A DNA stretch of 64,000 nt from Bacilli bacterium (GCA_028693035.1 JAQUWE010000003.1:8255-72254); one strand, 5' to 3'. Shown: positions 16,770-26,220, counted from the first letter of the stretch. The notes: generated by a model from the letters alone, not told the origin. Translations and numbers: made by a program.

Positions 16770-17232
16770 GTACAGTTTTAAAGTCACTGACATAGAACCA
16801 TTTATAGAGTACTGCATAAAAAATGAATATGAAAAAGTAGAAGAAACCAAACAGACAAGAGTACTTTATAAAAAGCCAGATAAAACAATGGCAAGAGTTA
16901 CTACTAAAGAAAAAAATAATCAAAGTACAACCTTTCTAGATTTTAAAGAAGATGGACTTTCTGATAATGTGTTAGGAATCAACAGAGAAACAGGGATGCT
17001 TAAGGTAGAGAACATGGATGTTGTAGAAGATATCCTATCCTTCTTACAATATAAAAAAGAAGTCACTTTAAAAAGAAATCGTGCCATATATCAAAAAGGA
17101 GAAGTTGTTTTTGAAATAGACAATTATACAGAACCAGAGGCAATGTATGTTGTCGCAGTAGAGGGTCTTCCAAAAGAAGTAGATCCTGTATATGAAGATG
17201 TACAAAATAAATTAAAAGAGTATTTCTTGTAG
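16750..17232 (+). CDS. CYTH domain protein (CyaB-like class IV adenylate cyclase / triphosphatase fold)
   Basis: EYEYSFKV at the N-terminus (ExExK-like), alternating charged beta-strand pattern, a terminal VVFEIDNY...YVVAVEG block, and 160 aa. Confidence 0.5.
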   Translation: MNQTEYEYSFKVTDIEPFIEYCIKNEYEKVEETKQTRVLYKKPDKTMARVTTKEKNNQSTTFLDFKEDGLSDNVLGINRETGMLKVENMDVVEDILSFLQYKKEVTLKRNRAIYQKGEVVFEIDNYTEPEAMYVVAVEGLPKEVDPVYEDVQNKLKEYFL

Positions 17233-17240
17233 GAGGGTTC

Positions 17241-17804
17241 ATGAAAAAATTAGAATTAATAGAACCTGAGCTGAATGAATATGGATATGAAAAAAAGCTG
17301 TTAGAAGATCCTATTACTATGCATTATAATGCAGGATATGAAGTATCCTATGATGGCTACAATTATGAGACGGGTTGTATCCTTTTTCCAGAAATTAGAT
17401 GGGAAAGAGACTATATAAGAAGAAAAAATTCAAATCGATTTTTCTCTTATATAAAAGACATTTCCATAAACAAATATGTAGGATATGTAAATTATCAATA
17501 TAATGAGGCAGAACAGAAATATGAATGTGGAATTGTTATAGAAGGAGAACATAGAGGGAAAGGCTATGCAAGAGAAGCTTTAAAACTTTTATGCAGCGCC
17601 GCCTTCCAAAATGGTGTACATACTTTATATGATAATTTTGAAAAGGATAGGGGAAATACACTACAACTATTTCAGTCTATTGGTTTTAAAGTAGAAAAAG
17701 AAATGCAGTGGAAAAAGTTTGATCAAATGGTAGACGGTGTAATTGTTTCTTTAAAAAAAGAAGATTTTATTTCTGATAAATGTACTAGCAAGTTATCCAT
17801 TTAA
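17241..17804 (+). CDS. GNAT family N-acetyltransferase (RimJ/RimL-like)
   Basis: EGEHRGKGYAREALKLL acetyl-CoA binding motif. Confidence 0.7.
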   Translation: MKKLELIEPELNEYGYEKKLLEDPITMHYNAGYEVSYDGYNYETGCILFPEIRWERDYIRRKNSNRFFSYIKDISINKYVGYVNYQYNEAEQKYECGIVIEGEHRGKGYAREALKLLCSAAFQNGVHTLYDNFEKDRGNTLQLFQSIGFKVEKEMQWKKFDQMVDGVIVSLKKEDFISDKCTSKLSI

Positions 17805-17858
17805 CTCGCATAATATGTAAAAATATATGATATAATATTTTTAATGTAGGAGGAAAAT

Positions 17859-18062
17859 ATGAAACAATATAGAATGAACCCAGACCGAAAATATGTAGAC
17901 ATTATTATCAATGGTATTATGAAAAAAGAGGGACACTGTCCATGCCGGGTTAATGTAGATGAGACAACACTTTGTCCTTGTGATGAATTTATAGCCACAG
18001 GCATTTGTAAGTGCAAATTATTTATTCCATTAGAAGAAGTAAAAGTAGAGGAAAGCAAATAG
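17859..18062 (+). CDS. ferredoxin-thioredoxin reductase catalytic-subunit-like small protein
   Basis: CPC-x9-CPC-x8-CKC cysteine pattern, resembling the FTR catalytic-chain CPC...CPC...CHC arrangement. Confidence 0.5.
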   Translation: MKQYRMNPDRKYVDIIINGIMKKEGHCPCRVNVDETTLCPCDEFIATGICKCKLFIPLEEVKVEESK

Positions 18063-18069
18063 GCTTTCA

Positions 18070-18096
18070 AAAGAGTAAAAAAATACTCTTTTTTTA
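18070..18096 (+). terminator. intrinsic terminator
   Basis: AAAGAGTA-aaaaaa-TACTCTTT followed by a T run. Confidence 0.6.
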
Positions 18097-18106
18097 TATC
18101 ATTATA

Positions 18107-18136
18107 TTGACAGGGATACCCTCTACCCCCTATAAT
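18107..18136 (+). promoter_or_regulatory. promoter with a C-tract operator-like spacer upstream of the csoR-family gene
   Basis: TTGACA, an 18-nt spacer, then TATAAT. The spacer GGGATACCCTCTACCCCC contains TACCC twice and a C5 tract next to TATA. Confidence 0.5.
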
Positions 18137-18154
18137 GCATAATAGGTGATAAAA

Positions 18155-18457
18155 ATGAAAAAAAACTGTGAAGGATGTACAAGATCAAAACATAGAACAG
18201 AAGAAGAACAAAAAGATTTAAAAAGAAGATTAAAAATTATTGCAGGTCAAATAAATGGTATTGAACAAATGGTTGAAAATGATAGATATTGCGATGATAT
18301 TTTATTACAGATATCCTCTGCAACAAACGCTTTAAAAAGTCTTGGAAATAAGATATTAAAAAGTCATATGCAAACATGTGTCGTAGAAGACATCGCAAAT
18401 GGAAAATTAGAAGTCATTGATGACGTGATTGATTTATTTGGAAAGCTTAATAAATAA
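18155..18457 (+). CDS. csoR: CsoR/RcnR (DUF156) family metal-sensing transcriptional repressor
   Basis: RLKIIAGQINGIEQMVENDRYCDDIL...KSHMQTC has the C...H-x3-C ligand pattern of copper-type CsoR. There is an extra N-terminal CEGC. Confidence 0.8.
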   Translation: MKKNCEGCTRSKHRTEEEQKDLKRRLKIIAGQINGIEQMVENDRYCDDILLQISSATNALKSLGNKILKSHMQTCVVEDIANGKLEVIDDVIDLFGKLNK

Positions 18458-18470
18458 GGGAGAGGTATAT

Positions 18471-19604
18471 ATGATATATTTAGATTATGCAGCTGCGACA
18501 CCTACCGAAGAAGAGGTGTTAGATACTTTTTATACAGCTACAAAAAAATACTATGCCAATCCAAACTCTTCTCATGCATTAGGCTTAGAAGCGAAAGAAA
18601 TGATTGATACTTGTACCAAAGATATAGCAGATTATCTACAAATTCTACCGGAAGAAATTATTTATACTTCAGGTGCCAGTGAATCCAACAATCTAGCAGT
18701 TAAAGGTATTTGCGAAAGATATAGAAGCCGTGGCAAACATATTTTAATCAGTGGTTTGGAACACAATTCTATAGTAGCGCCTGCTGTAGCGATGCAAGAA
18801 CTTGGTTTTGAGGTAGAATTGATTCCTATTAACAAAGAAGGATATATAGACCTAGATGCTTTAAAACAAATGATAAGAGAAGATACTATTTTAGTAAGTG
18901 TCAGTGCAGTTGACAGTGAGCTTGGTATAAAGCAGCCTATCGAAGAAATAGGAGCCTTTTTAAAACAATACCCAAACTGTTTCTTTCATACTGATGCATC
19001 ACAGGCAATGGGTAAGGTAAACATAGAGTATAAACAAGCTGATTTAATTACAATCACTCCTCATAAATTTTATGGAATGAATGGATTTGGTTTATTAATC
19101 AAAAAAAATAATGTAAGTTTAAAACCTCAAATAAATGGAGGCAAGTCTACTACCATCTATAGAAGTGGCACTCCCTTTTTAGCAGGTATTGCATCTTGTG
19201 AAAAAGCATTTGCTTTGGCTCTACCAAAAGTAGAGGAAAGATATATATACGTAAAAAAATTAAGTGATAAAATCAAAGATAGAATAAGAGAATACAAAAA
19301 TGTTTCTATTAACAATACAGACAATTCAATTCCGCATACAATCAATCTTAGTATGAAGGGTATCAAAGCCATTCACTTACAACAAGAATTTGAAAAACAT
19401 GGTATTTTGGTTTCCACAAAAACATCTTGCTGTCCTATAGAAACACCTTCTAAACTTGTGTATGCTTTGACAAAGGACAAAGGAATTTCACATTCTTCTT
19501 TAAGAGTTAGTTTATCACATTTAACCAAGGAAGAAGAAGTAGATGCATTTTTAAATACATTTGATTTCATATATAAGGAGTATCAAAATAATGGAAAAAT
19601 ATAA
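18471..19604 (+). CDS. cysteine desulfurase (NifS/IscS-like class V aminotransferase)
   Basis: IYLDYAAATP at the N-terminus and the PHKFYG PLP-lysine motif. Start moved to ATG 18471, after GGGAGAGG. Confidence 0.8.
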   Translation: MIYLDYAAATPTEEEVLDTFYTATKKYYANPNSSHALGLEAKEMIDTCTKDIADYLQILPEEIIYTSGASESNNLAVKGICERYRSRGKHILISGLEHNSIVAPAVAMQELGFEVELIPINKEGYIDLDALKQMIREDTILVSVSAVDSELGIKQPIEEIGAFLKQYPNCFFHTDASQAMGKVNIEYKQADLITITPHKFYGMNGFGLLIKKNNVSLKPQINGGKSTTIYRSGTPFLAGIASCEKAFALALPKVEERYIYVKKLSDKIKDRIREYKNVSINNTDNSIPHTINLSMKGIKAIHLQQEFEKHGILVSTKTSCCPIETPSKLVYALTKDKGISHSSLRVSLSHLTKEEEVDAFLNTFDFIYKEYQNNGKI

Positions 19605-20418
19605 AGAAATAGAAAGAAATATCATAAAAAAATATCGTAAGGAAATTTGGAGTAAATTTATTAAAGCAGTACAACAATATGAACTTATCAAAGAAAATGA
19701 TCGGATTATGGTTTGTATTTCGGGTGGAAAAGATTCCTTTTTATTAGCAAAATGTATCCAAGAGTTAGAAAAACATGGAAAGGTTCCTTTTGAAGCACAT
19801 TACGTGGTAATGGATCCAGGGTATAATGCATACAATCGTGATTTTATCGTAGACAATGCCAAAACACTAGATGTACCTATTGAAATATTTGAAACAGATA
19901 TCTTTGATATAGTAGCGTCTACTGATAAAAGTCCTTGCTATTTATGTGCCAAAATGAGAAGGGGTTACTTATATAAAAAAGCAAGTGAATTAGGGTGTAA
20001 TAAAATTGCGCTTGGGCATCACTTTGACGATGTCATTGAAACCACTCTTTTATCTATGTTTTATGGTTCTGAAATCAAAACAATGATGCCAAAACTGCAT
20101 AGTGAAAATTTTGAGGGGCTCGAACTCATTAGACCTTTATACCTTGTTAAAGAAGAAGATATAATCGCTTGGAAAAAGTCTAATGAACTAACCTTTATCA
20201 ATTGTGCGTGCCGGTTTACAGAAGGGTGTTCTTTAGTCAATGATGGAACAAGTAAACGAAAAGAAATGAAAGAACTGATTAAAACTTTAAGAAAAGTAAA
20301 CCAAGATATAGACCATAACATTTTTAAGAGTCTAGACAATGTCAATTTAAATTGTATACTTGGTACTAAAAAGAATGGGGAATATAGTAGCTTTTTAGAA
20401 AAGTATGATGAAAAATAG
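19591..20418 (+). CDS. PP-loop ATPase, TtcA/tRNA thiolation family
   Basis: SGGKDS PP-loop, CYLCAKMRRG and a later CACRF cysteine pair. Overlaps the desulfurase gene by 14 nt. Confidence 0.75.
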   Translation: MEKYKEIERNIIKKYRKEIWSKFIKAVQQYELIKENDRIMVCISGGKDSFLLAKCIQELEKHGKVPFEAHYVVMDPGYNAYNRDFIVDNAKTLDVPIEIFETDIFDIVASTDKSPCYLCAKMRRGYLYKKASELGCNKIALGHHFDDVIETTLLSMFYGSEIKTMMPKLHSENFEGLELIRPLYLVKEEDIIAWKKSNELTFINCACRFTEGCSLVNDGTSKRKEMKELIKTLRKVNQDIDHNIFKSLDNVNLNCILGTKKNGEYSSFLEKYDEK

Positions 20419-20496
20419 AAGGGAAATTGTAAACAGATAAAAGGTTATACAATTTCATACATCTATGTAAAACCAATAAAAGATAGGTGATTTAAT

Positions 20497-21636
20497 ATGG
20501 CAGGATTACAAAAATTAAATTTAAAGTTTGAAAATGGAAATAACGTTTGTATAAATGATACTTATCTGGTTCCAATTTATGAAGAAATATTAGAATTCTT
20601 GAATAATGAAAAGTATATGGAAACGCTTTCATTTGCTAAAAGCGCTATGCTCTCTCAAGAAATAAAGTGCAATGTAACACTGGAAAAAATAGAACATACG
20701 TCAAATAATATTGACCAATTAATTATAAATGATAAAAAGATAAGAGTTGAAGAGAGGAAAAGAATTATCAACTTATATCATGGATATCAATATATTTTAT
20801 CAAACAAAATAATAAATCAAAATAATTTAACAGAATTGTATTCTATTTTGAGTCACGAAATACTTCTTACTAACAATCAAAAAAACACGGGACAATTTTA
20901 TAGAAATAAACCTGTCTATCTTTTGAAAAAATGTAAGTTAACAGAGGATGTCATTATGGGGGTTGATCCGTGTAATGTTCCTCAATATATGAACCATTTT
21001 TTTGATTATATAAATGATGGGAGTCCAACCACAAAAATGGAACACTTTCTGAAGTCACAAATCATGCATTTCTATTTCCTTTACATTCATCCATATCTTG
21101 ATATAAACGGACGGACTGCAAGAACTGTATCAATGTGGTATTTACTAAATAACAAATGTTATCCTTATGTCATATTTAATAAAGCAATTGCTTTCGCTAA
21201 GAAAGAATATGAAAATGCCCTAACAAAAGGAAGAGACAAAGGAGACATTACTTTATTTTTAAAATATATTTTGGTAAATATGAAAAGAGAATTAGAAAAA
21301 GAGTATATTATCCATAGTATTGTAGAAAATTGTAAGGAAGATATATCTAGAAAAGAACAGCAAGTAATTCATTATTTTTTAACTATGAATGGTAATTTAA
21401 CAGTAAAGGATTTAATAGGTGTTTATAATTGTTACAATCCTGCAAAAAGACCCAATATTGTATACGAAGAAAATGTAGTTTCTCTTATAGAAAAAGGAAT
21501 TTTTTTAAATAAGGGGTATACAAAAGGATATATAGCAAATGAAAAACCAAATATGATGATAGGTTTAAATCCAGATATGGTGAATGTCAATATATCTAAA
21601 GTAAAGCTTTTATCTTTAAATAAAATTATGTATTAG
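20497..21636 (+). CDS. Fic family protein
   Basis: Fic motif HPYLDINGRTAR (HxFx[DE]xNGRxxR-like). Confidence 0.8.
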   Translation: MAGLQKLNLKFENGNNVCINDTYLVPIYEEILEFLNNEKYMETLSFAKSAMLSQEIKCNVTLEKIEHTSNNIDQLIINDKKIRVEERKRIINLYHGYQYILSNKIINQNNLTELYSILSHEILLTNNQKNTGQFYRNKPVYLLKKCKLTEDVIMGVDPCNVPQYMNHFFDYINDGSPTTKMEHFLKSQIMHFYFLYIHPYLDINGRTARTVSMWYLLNNKCYPYVIFNKAIAFAKKEYENALTKGRDKGDITLFLKYILVNMKRELEKEYIIHSIVENCKEDISRKEQQVIHYFLTMNGNLTVKDLIGVYNCYNPAKRPNIVYEENVVSLIEKGIFLNKGYTKGYIANEKPNMMIGLNPDMVNVNISKVKLLSLNKIMY

Positions 21637-21652
21637 AAAAGGTGTTATTAGT

Positions 21653-22345
21653 ATGAATCAAGAAAATATAGGAAAATTCATAAAAAAACTTAGACAAGAA
21701 AGTCATTTGACCCAAAAACAATTTGCGGACAAATATGGGGTTACTTTCCAAGCTGTTAGTAAATGGGAGAATGGGAAAAACATTCCTGACATTTCTGTAT
21801 TAAGACAAATCTGCAAAGACCATGGCATTAGTATGGAAGAAATATTAGGAGATAAACCTACTCATAAAAGTAAGAAGCCATTTATTATTGTAGGGGCTAT
21901 CATTTTCCTTATTATTCTTTTCACTTGTTTATTTTTCTTTTTAGAAAATAAATCTTCAGACTTTCAGTTTAAAAAAATATCTACAACATGTTCTTCTTTT
22001 AAAATAACAGGAAGTGCAGCCTATAATAAAGATAAATCTTCTTTATATATTTCTAATATTGAATTTTGTGGAAAAAATGAAAATATAGAATATAAAGAAC
22101 TTACCTATACTTTATATGAAAATTATGAAAAGGGAAAATCAAAAATAAGTGGAGGAAATCAAGAACAAAATCTCACTTTAGTAAATTTCTTAAAAAAAAT
22201 AAAAATCAATGTAGATCATTATGAACAACTTTGTAAATCATTCACACATTCTAATTTATCTATTGAAATTAAAGCAATCGATTATGAAAATAAGGAAACC
22301 TTATTTAAAATCCCACTTTTATTAGAAAAAAATTGTGAAGTATAA
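21653..22345 (+). CDS. XRE-family HTH regulator with a single TM helix and an extracytoplasmic domain
   Basis: N-terminal IKKLRQESHLTQKQFADKYGVTFQAVSKWENGKNIPD, followed by the hydrophobic segment FIIVGAIIFLIILFTCLFFF. Confidence 0.8.
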   Translation: MNQENIGKFIKKLRQESHLTQKQFADKYGVTFQAVSKWENGKNIPDISVLRQICKDHGISMEEILGDKPTHKSKKPFIIVGAIIFLIILFTCLFFFLENKSSDFQFKKISTTCSSFKITGSAAYNKDKSSLYISNIEFCGKNENIEYKELTYTLYENYEKGKSKISGGNQEQNLTLVNFLKKIKINVDHYEQLCKSFTHSNLSIEIKAIDYENKETLFKIPLLLEKNCEV

Positions 22346-22436
22346 ATTCAACTGAGAATTTACGTAATTCAACCTATGCGTTATTGCTATAGAAGAAATT
22401 ATTATTATATAATAAACGTAGAAAAGGAGAAAAAAT

Positions 22437-23126
22437 ATGAAAAATAAAATAATAGCAGCTAGTTTAATATTTCTTACTGTTTTCACTTTAACCGCATGTA
22501 ATAAAGTAGAAAGCAATAAGGAAGAAGCCCTTAAATTTAAAGAAGATTATGAATCTTTAAATGGAAAAACAAATAGTGCTGGGAAAGAGCACCGTACCCT
22601 TGCCATCAAAGAGGACAACCCTTATGTTTTTACATCAGCAGATAAAATTGTAGAAAAAATAGAAAAAGGAGAAACTTTCTATGTTTACTTCGGTTCAAAA
22701 TTATGTCCTTGGTGCCGTAGTGTAATTGAAAAATCTATAGAAGTTGCGAAAGAAAAAGGCATTAAAAAAATCTATTATGTAGATATTTGGGATAATGAAG
22801 GAAATGAAATCTTAAGAGATAAATATAGTTTAGATGAAAATAAAGAAGCAAAACAATCTATAAAAGGTCCAGATTCTTATTATAAATTATTGGATCACTT
22901 TAAAGCATTGCTTCCAGATTATACTTTAACTGATGAAGAAGGAAATGAACATGCTGTTGGAGAAAAAAGAATTTTTGCCCCTACCTTTATTTATGTAAAA
23001 GAGGGTACTGCAAAAGCAATAACAGATGGTACATCAGACAAACAAAAAGATGCTAGAGCTACTTTAACAAAAGAATTATTAAATGATGAAGAACAATTAT
23101 TTACTAATTTTTTTGAAGCAAGGTAG
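22437..23126 (+). CDS. thioredoxin-fold lipoprotein
   Basis: Lipobox LTACN after the signal peptide, and a CPWC redox motif. Confidence 0.7.
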   Translation: MKNKIIAASLIFLTVFTLTACNKVESNKEEALKFKEDYESLNGKTNSAGKEHRTLAIKEDNPYVFTSADKIVEKIEKGETFYVYFGSKLCPWCRSVIEKSIEVAKEKGIKKIYYVDIWDNEGNEILRDKYSLDENKEAKQSIKGPDSYYKLLDHFKALLPDYTLTDEEGNEHAVGEKRIFAPTFIYVKEGTAKAITDGTSDKQKDARATLTKELLNDEEQLFTNFFEAR

Positions 23127-23152
23127 TAAAATAAATTCTAAGTAAAGAAGAG

Positions 23153-23188
23153 ATAGAGTAATTTCTAAAGGAAATTCTCTATTTTTTT
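23153..23188 (+). terminator. intrinsic terminator
   Basis: ATAGAG(T)AATTTC-taaag-GAAATTCTCTAT followed by T7. Confidence 0.7.
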
Positions 23189-23263
23189 ATAATGCAATCA
23201 ATTATTAAATAAATAAAAAAAGAGTAAAAATTGTTTAACAAAAAAACAATTTTTTTTATATGC

Positions 23264-23292
23264 TTGCCCTTATTTAGATGTAGTGCTATAAT
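23264..23292 (+). promoter_or_regulatory. sigma-A-type promoter of the 10-gene operon
   Basis: TTGCCC, a 17-nt spacer, then TATAAT. Confidence 0.55.
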
Positions 23293-23295
23293 TAT

Positions 23296-23316
23296 AAATG
23301 CAAATGATTAGCATTT
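23296..23316 (+). promoter_or_regulatory. Fur-family operator candidate (7-1-7 inverted repeat)
   Basis: AAATGCAAAT-G-ATTAGCATTT matches 9 of 10 positions between arms. The core TGCAAAT-G-ATTAGCA starts 7 nt after the -10 hexamer and 22 nt before the first ATG. Confidence 0.6.
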
Positions 23317-23337
23317 GTGCAAAAAGGAGAAAATATA

Positions 23338-23802
23338 ATGAATAATTTTTTAAATGCAAAAAGTGTAACTTTTCATGCTTATTATAAAGAAGACGAAGAG
23401 GGTCTTGCACTACCTATTTTACAGCAAGATGAAGAAAATATAAGTATTGAATTCGATGTGAAAGATTTTGATTGTCTAGAATTACAGCTCTTGTTCGATG
23501 ATAAACAATCGTTGCCATCAGAGCTTCATTTTAAAACAAAGGTAGCAGGGGATCCACTTTTACTTATAGTAGAACCCAAAAAGGAAATACCAGAAGAAGA
23601 GGAACCTGTCAAATATCATGATTATCAAATCGATGATGTAGAGCAAGAACTTCATATAGAATTAAATCCTATGACTAGGGAACTAAATATTGATGCATGG
23701 GGATGGATCAATCAAAATAGAAAAGCAGTTCTTTCCGTATCTGCTACTTATCAAAATGAAAAGAATTCACAATTTATAAAAACAAGGAAAGAAGGGAAAT
23801 AA
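23338..23802 (+). CDS. acidic hypothetical protein (first gene of the operon)
   Basis: ATG 23338 follows AAAGGAG; the GTG at 23317 in the ORF track lies inside the operator/SD region. No recognisable motif. Confidence 0.5.
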   Translation: MNNFLNAKSVTFHAYYKEDEEGLALPILQQDEENISIEFDVKDFDCLELQLLFDDKQSLPSELHFKTKVAGDPLLLIVEPKKEIPEEEEPVKYHDYQIDDVEQELHIELNPMTRELNIDAWGWINQNRKAVLSVSATYQNEKNSQFIKTRKEGK

Positions 23803-24800
23803 TGAGAGTATCATTCTTAGGAAAGGGTGGAAGCGGAAAAACAACGATATCTTCTGCTTTTATAGGATATTTACTTAATAAAAAAGAAAAGGTATTAGCG
23901 ATTGATGCTGATATGAATGTCCATTTAGAAAAAACATTTCATATGGAAACAAAGCCATTAAGTGATGCTAGTGAAGAAATTAAGGAATACTTAGAAGGTA
24001 ATAGAAGAGCTTATACAAAGAATAACAATAAAGTGAAAAGTTATTTAAACAAAGTGATCAATGGAGATACCAAAGCTCCGATTATAGGTTGTACCCCGCC
24101 AGCACGTTCCTCAAAGTTTATTAGAATTGACGAAAACGATCCCTTTATTAAAAAATATGCTACCAAAAAGGATGGACTTTATCTAATGACAGTTGGAACT
24201 TACAATGAAAGTGAAATAGGTTCTAGTTGTTACCACGGTAAGTTAGAAGTCGCAGAGATGGTGTATCACCACTTATTGGATAATGAAAACAACTATGTGG
24301 TTTCTGATTCAACGGCAGGAATAGACAGTGTAGGAACTTCTATGTTTTTTGTGTCTGATATAAATATATTTGTAATTGAACCTACAAAAAAAGGCATTGA
24401 TGTTTACAAAGATTTTAAAGAGGTTTCTAAAAAATATGGTATAAACACTTACGTAATTGGAAACAAAATTGAAAACCAAGAAGATATTGATTTTTTAAAA
24501 CAAGAAATTGGTACAGATGTAATTCTTGGGTTTATAAAAAATTCTTCAAAAATGAGAAAATTTGAACAAGGAAATGCAGTAGGAATGAAAGAATTTATCA
24601 AAGAAAATACAGATACTTTTGATAGAGTCTGCGCACTTATGCAAGAAACAAAACGGGATTGGGATAAATACTATCAAATATTGCTTGAAGTTTATAAAGC
24701 CAATATTGAGGAATGGTATAATGCATTTTATGGTGAGAAATTAGAAAAATATATTGATGAAGACTTCCACTATGAAAAGGTTTTCAATGAAGAAAATTAA
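23802..24800 (+). CDS. SIMIBI-class P-loop NTPase (CooC/MinD/ArsA-like), possible metallochaperone
   Basis: Deviant Walker A FLGKGGSGKTT, AIDADMN, and a later SDSTAG switch-like motif. TAATG overlap with the upstream gene. Confidence 0.65.
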   Translation: MRVSFLGKGGSGKTTISSAFIGYLLNKKEKVLAIDADMNVHLEKTFHMETKPLSDASEEIKEYLEGNRRAYTKNNNKVKSYLNKVINGDTKAPIIGCTPPARSSKFIRIDENDPFIKKYATKKDGLYLMTVGTYNESEIGSSCYHGKLEVAEMVYHHLLDNENNYVVSDSTAGIDSVGTSMFFVSDINIFVIEPTKKGIDVYKDFKEVSKKYGINTYVIGNKIENQEDIDFLKQEIGTDVILGFIKNSSKMRKFEQGNAVGMKEFIKENTDTFDRVCALMQETKRDWDKYYQILLEVYKANIEEWYNAFYGEKLEKYIDEDFHYEKVFNEEN

Positions 24801-26220
24801 ATTTACGCCTTTAATAGATGAACCGATTTTATCCTTTTTGAAAGATAAAAATCAGGTTAAGAAATTAACAAGTATGTTTGGTTCCCCATGCAATGTTCTT
24901 TTTCCTCAAAGGTTACAAGAAAATATAAATATATTCTATAATATTTTTGATAAACATTTGATTGATGGAAAGGTTTTTTATGCACATAAAGCCAATCAGT
25001 CTACTGCGATTGTTAAAGAGGCAGCGCTTACAAAAGCTAGTATTGATGTAGCTTCCTTAAATGAACTTAAAAGTGCTGTTTCATCAGGTTTTGTAGGCGA
25101 TAAAATAGAAGCAACAGGTCCTAAAAACATTCATTTTCTTATATTGGGATTGCAACACCATATTACTTTTAATATTGATTCTATTAGTGAACTAGAACAA
25201 CTTCTTATTTTAAAGGAAAAGTTAAAAATAAAACAGAAAATAAAAATAATATGTAGAATAAGTGGATTTAGATACAACGACATGCTTTCTAAAAAAAGTA
25301 GATTTGGAATAGATATAGAAGAAATGGATACCTGTTTTTGTATGATAAAAGAAAACTTGCAAAAGATAGATTTTCTAGGTTTTTCATTTCATTTAGATAC
25401 TATTATGAAGCAAGAAAAAGTCAATGCTATTTGTACATGTATTGAATTGTTTTTAACGGCTTATAAGTATGGTCTTACACCTCATATTTTAGATATTGGA
25501 GGTGGATACAAAGTCAATTACTTAAAAGATAAGGAAGAATGGGATGAAAGCATTACAGCATTAAAGTTGTCTCTTTTCTCACAAGAATCTTTTACATGGA
25601 ATGATGCTTCTTTTGGTTTAACAGTGAAAAATCATACCTTATCTGGTACTTTGAATATTTACAATTATTATGATGAAGAAACAGCAGATAAGTATTTAAA
25701 TGCTATATTAGAAAGCAAATTAGAACAATATCAAAATCAAACAATAGGAGAGATACTAAGTGAAAACATGATTACACTATATATCGAACCTGGAAAATCC
25801 CTTTTAAATCAAATGGGTATTACTTTAGCAAACGTTACATTTATAAAAAAAAGCAATCAAGAAATTTTGATTGGATTGGATATGAAAAAAAGTGATGTTG
25901 TAATTGGCGAACAAGAGCTTTTTATGGATCCTATCATTCTTTCTGATGCAGAAAAATTACAAAAAGAAGTAGGCGTTTATTTTGTTGGAAATCTTTGCCT
26001 AGAGAATGATTTAATTTTTAAACACAAAGTTTTTATTGATCGTATTCCTAAAATAGGTGATGTAATAGCTTTTATGAATACTGCAGGATATTTTATGGAC
26101 TTTAATGCAAGCTCTACCATAAAGCAAAATATAGCAAAAAAAGTAATTGCTATAAAAAAAGAAAAGGGTTTTGATTATTACGAAGATGAAATTTATCATC
26201 CGTTAGTAGATAAGGAGTAA
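24787..26220 (+). CDS. PLP-dependent decarboxylase, Orn/DAP/Arg decarboxylase (fold type III) family
   Basis: FYAHKANQS (PLP-lysine motif YAxKAN), DIGGGY and EPGKSL motifs. Start uncertain (24772 or 24787). Confidence 0.7.
   Translation: MKKIKFTPLIDEPILSFLKDKNQVKKLTSMFGSPCNVLFPQRLQENINIFYNIFDKHLIDGKVFYAHKANQSTAIVKEAALTKASIDVASLNELKSAVSSGFVGDKIEATGPKNIHFLILGLQHHITFNIDSISELEQLLILKEKLKIKQKIKIICRISGFRYNDMLSKKSRFGIDIEEMDTCFCMIKENLQKIDFLGFSFHLDTIMKQEKVNAICTCIELFLTAYKYGLTPHILDIGGGYKVNYLKDKEEWDESITALKLSLFSQESFTWNDASFGLTVKNHTLSGTLNIYNYYDEETADKYLNAILESKLEQYQNQTIGEILSENMITLYIEPGKSLLNQMGITLANVTFIKKSNQEILIGLDMKKSDVVIGEQELFMDPIILSDAEKLQKEVGVYFVGNLCLENDLIFKHKVFIDRIPKIGDVIAFMNTAGYFMDFNASSTIKQNIAKKVIAIKKEKGFDYYEDEIYHPLVDKE

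Noticed and set aside
22356-22370. Near-palindrome GAATTTACGTAATTC, with an ACGTAAT half-site resembling a Zur half-box, upstream of the thioredoxin-fold lipoprotein gene
   Set aside because: It is an imperfect palindrome offset by one nucleotide. Only one Zur-like half-site is present, and it bears no relation to the TGCAAAT-type box of the neighbouring operon. This is too weak to call.
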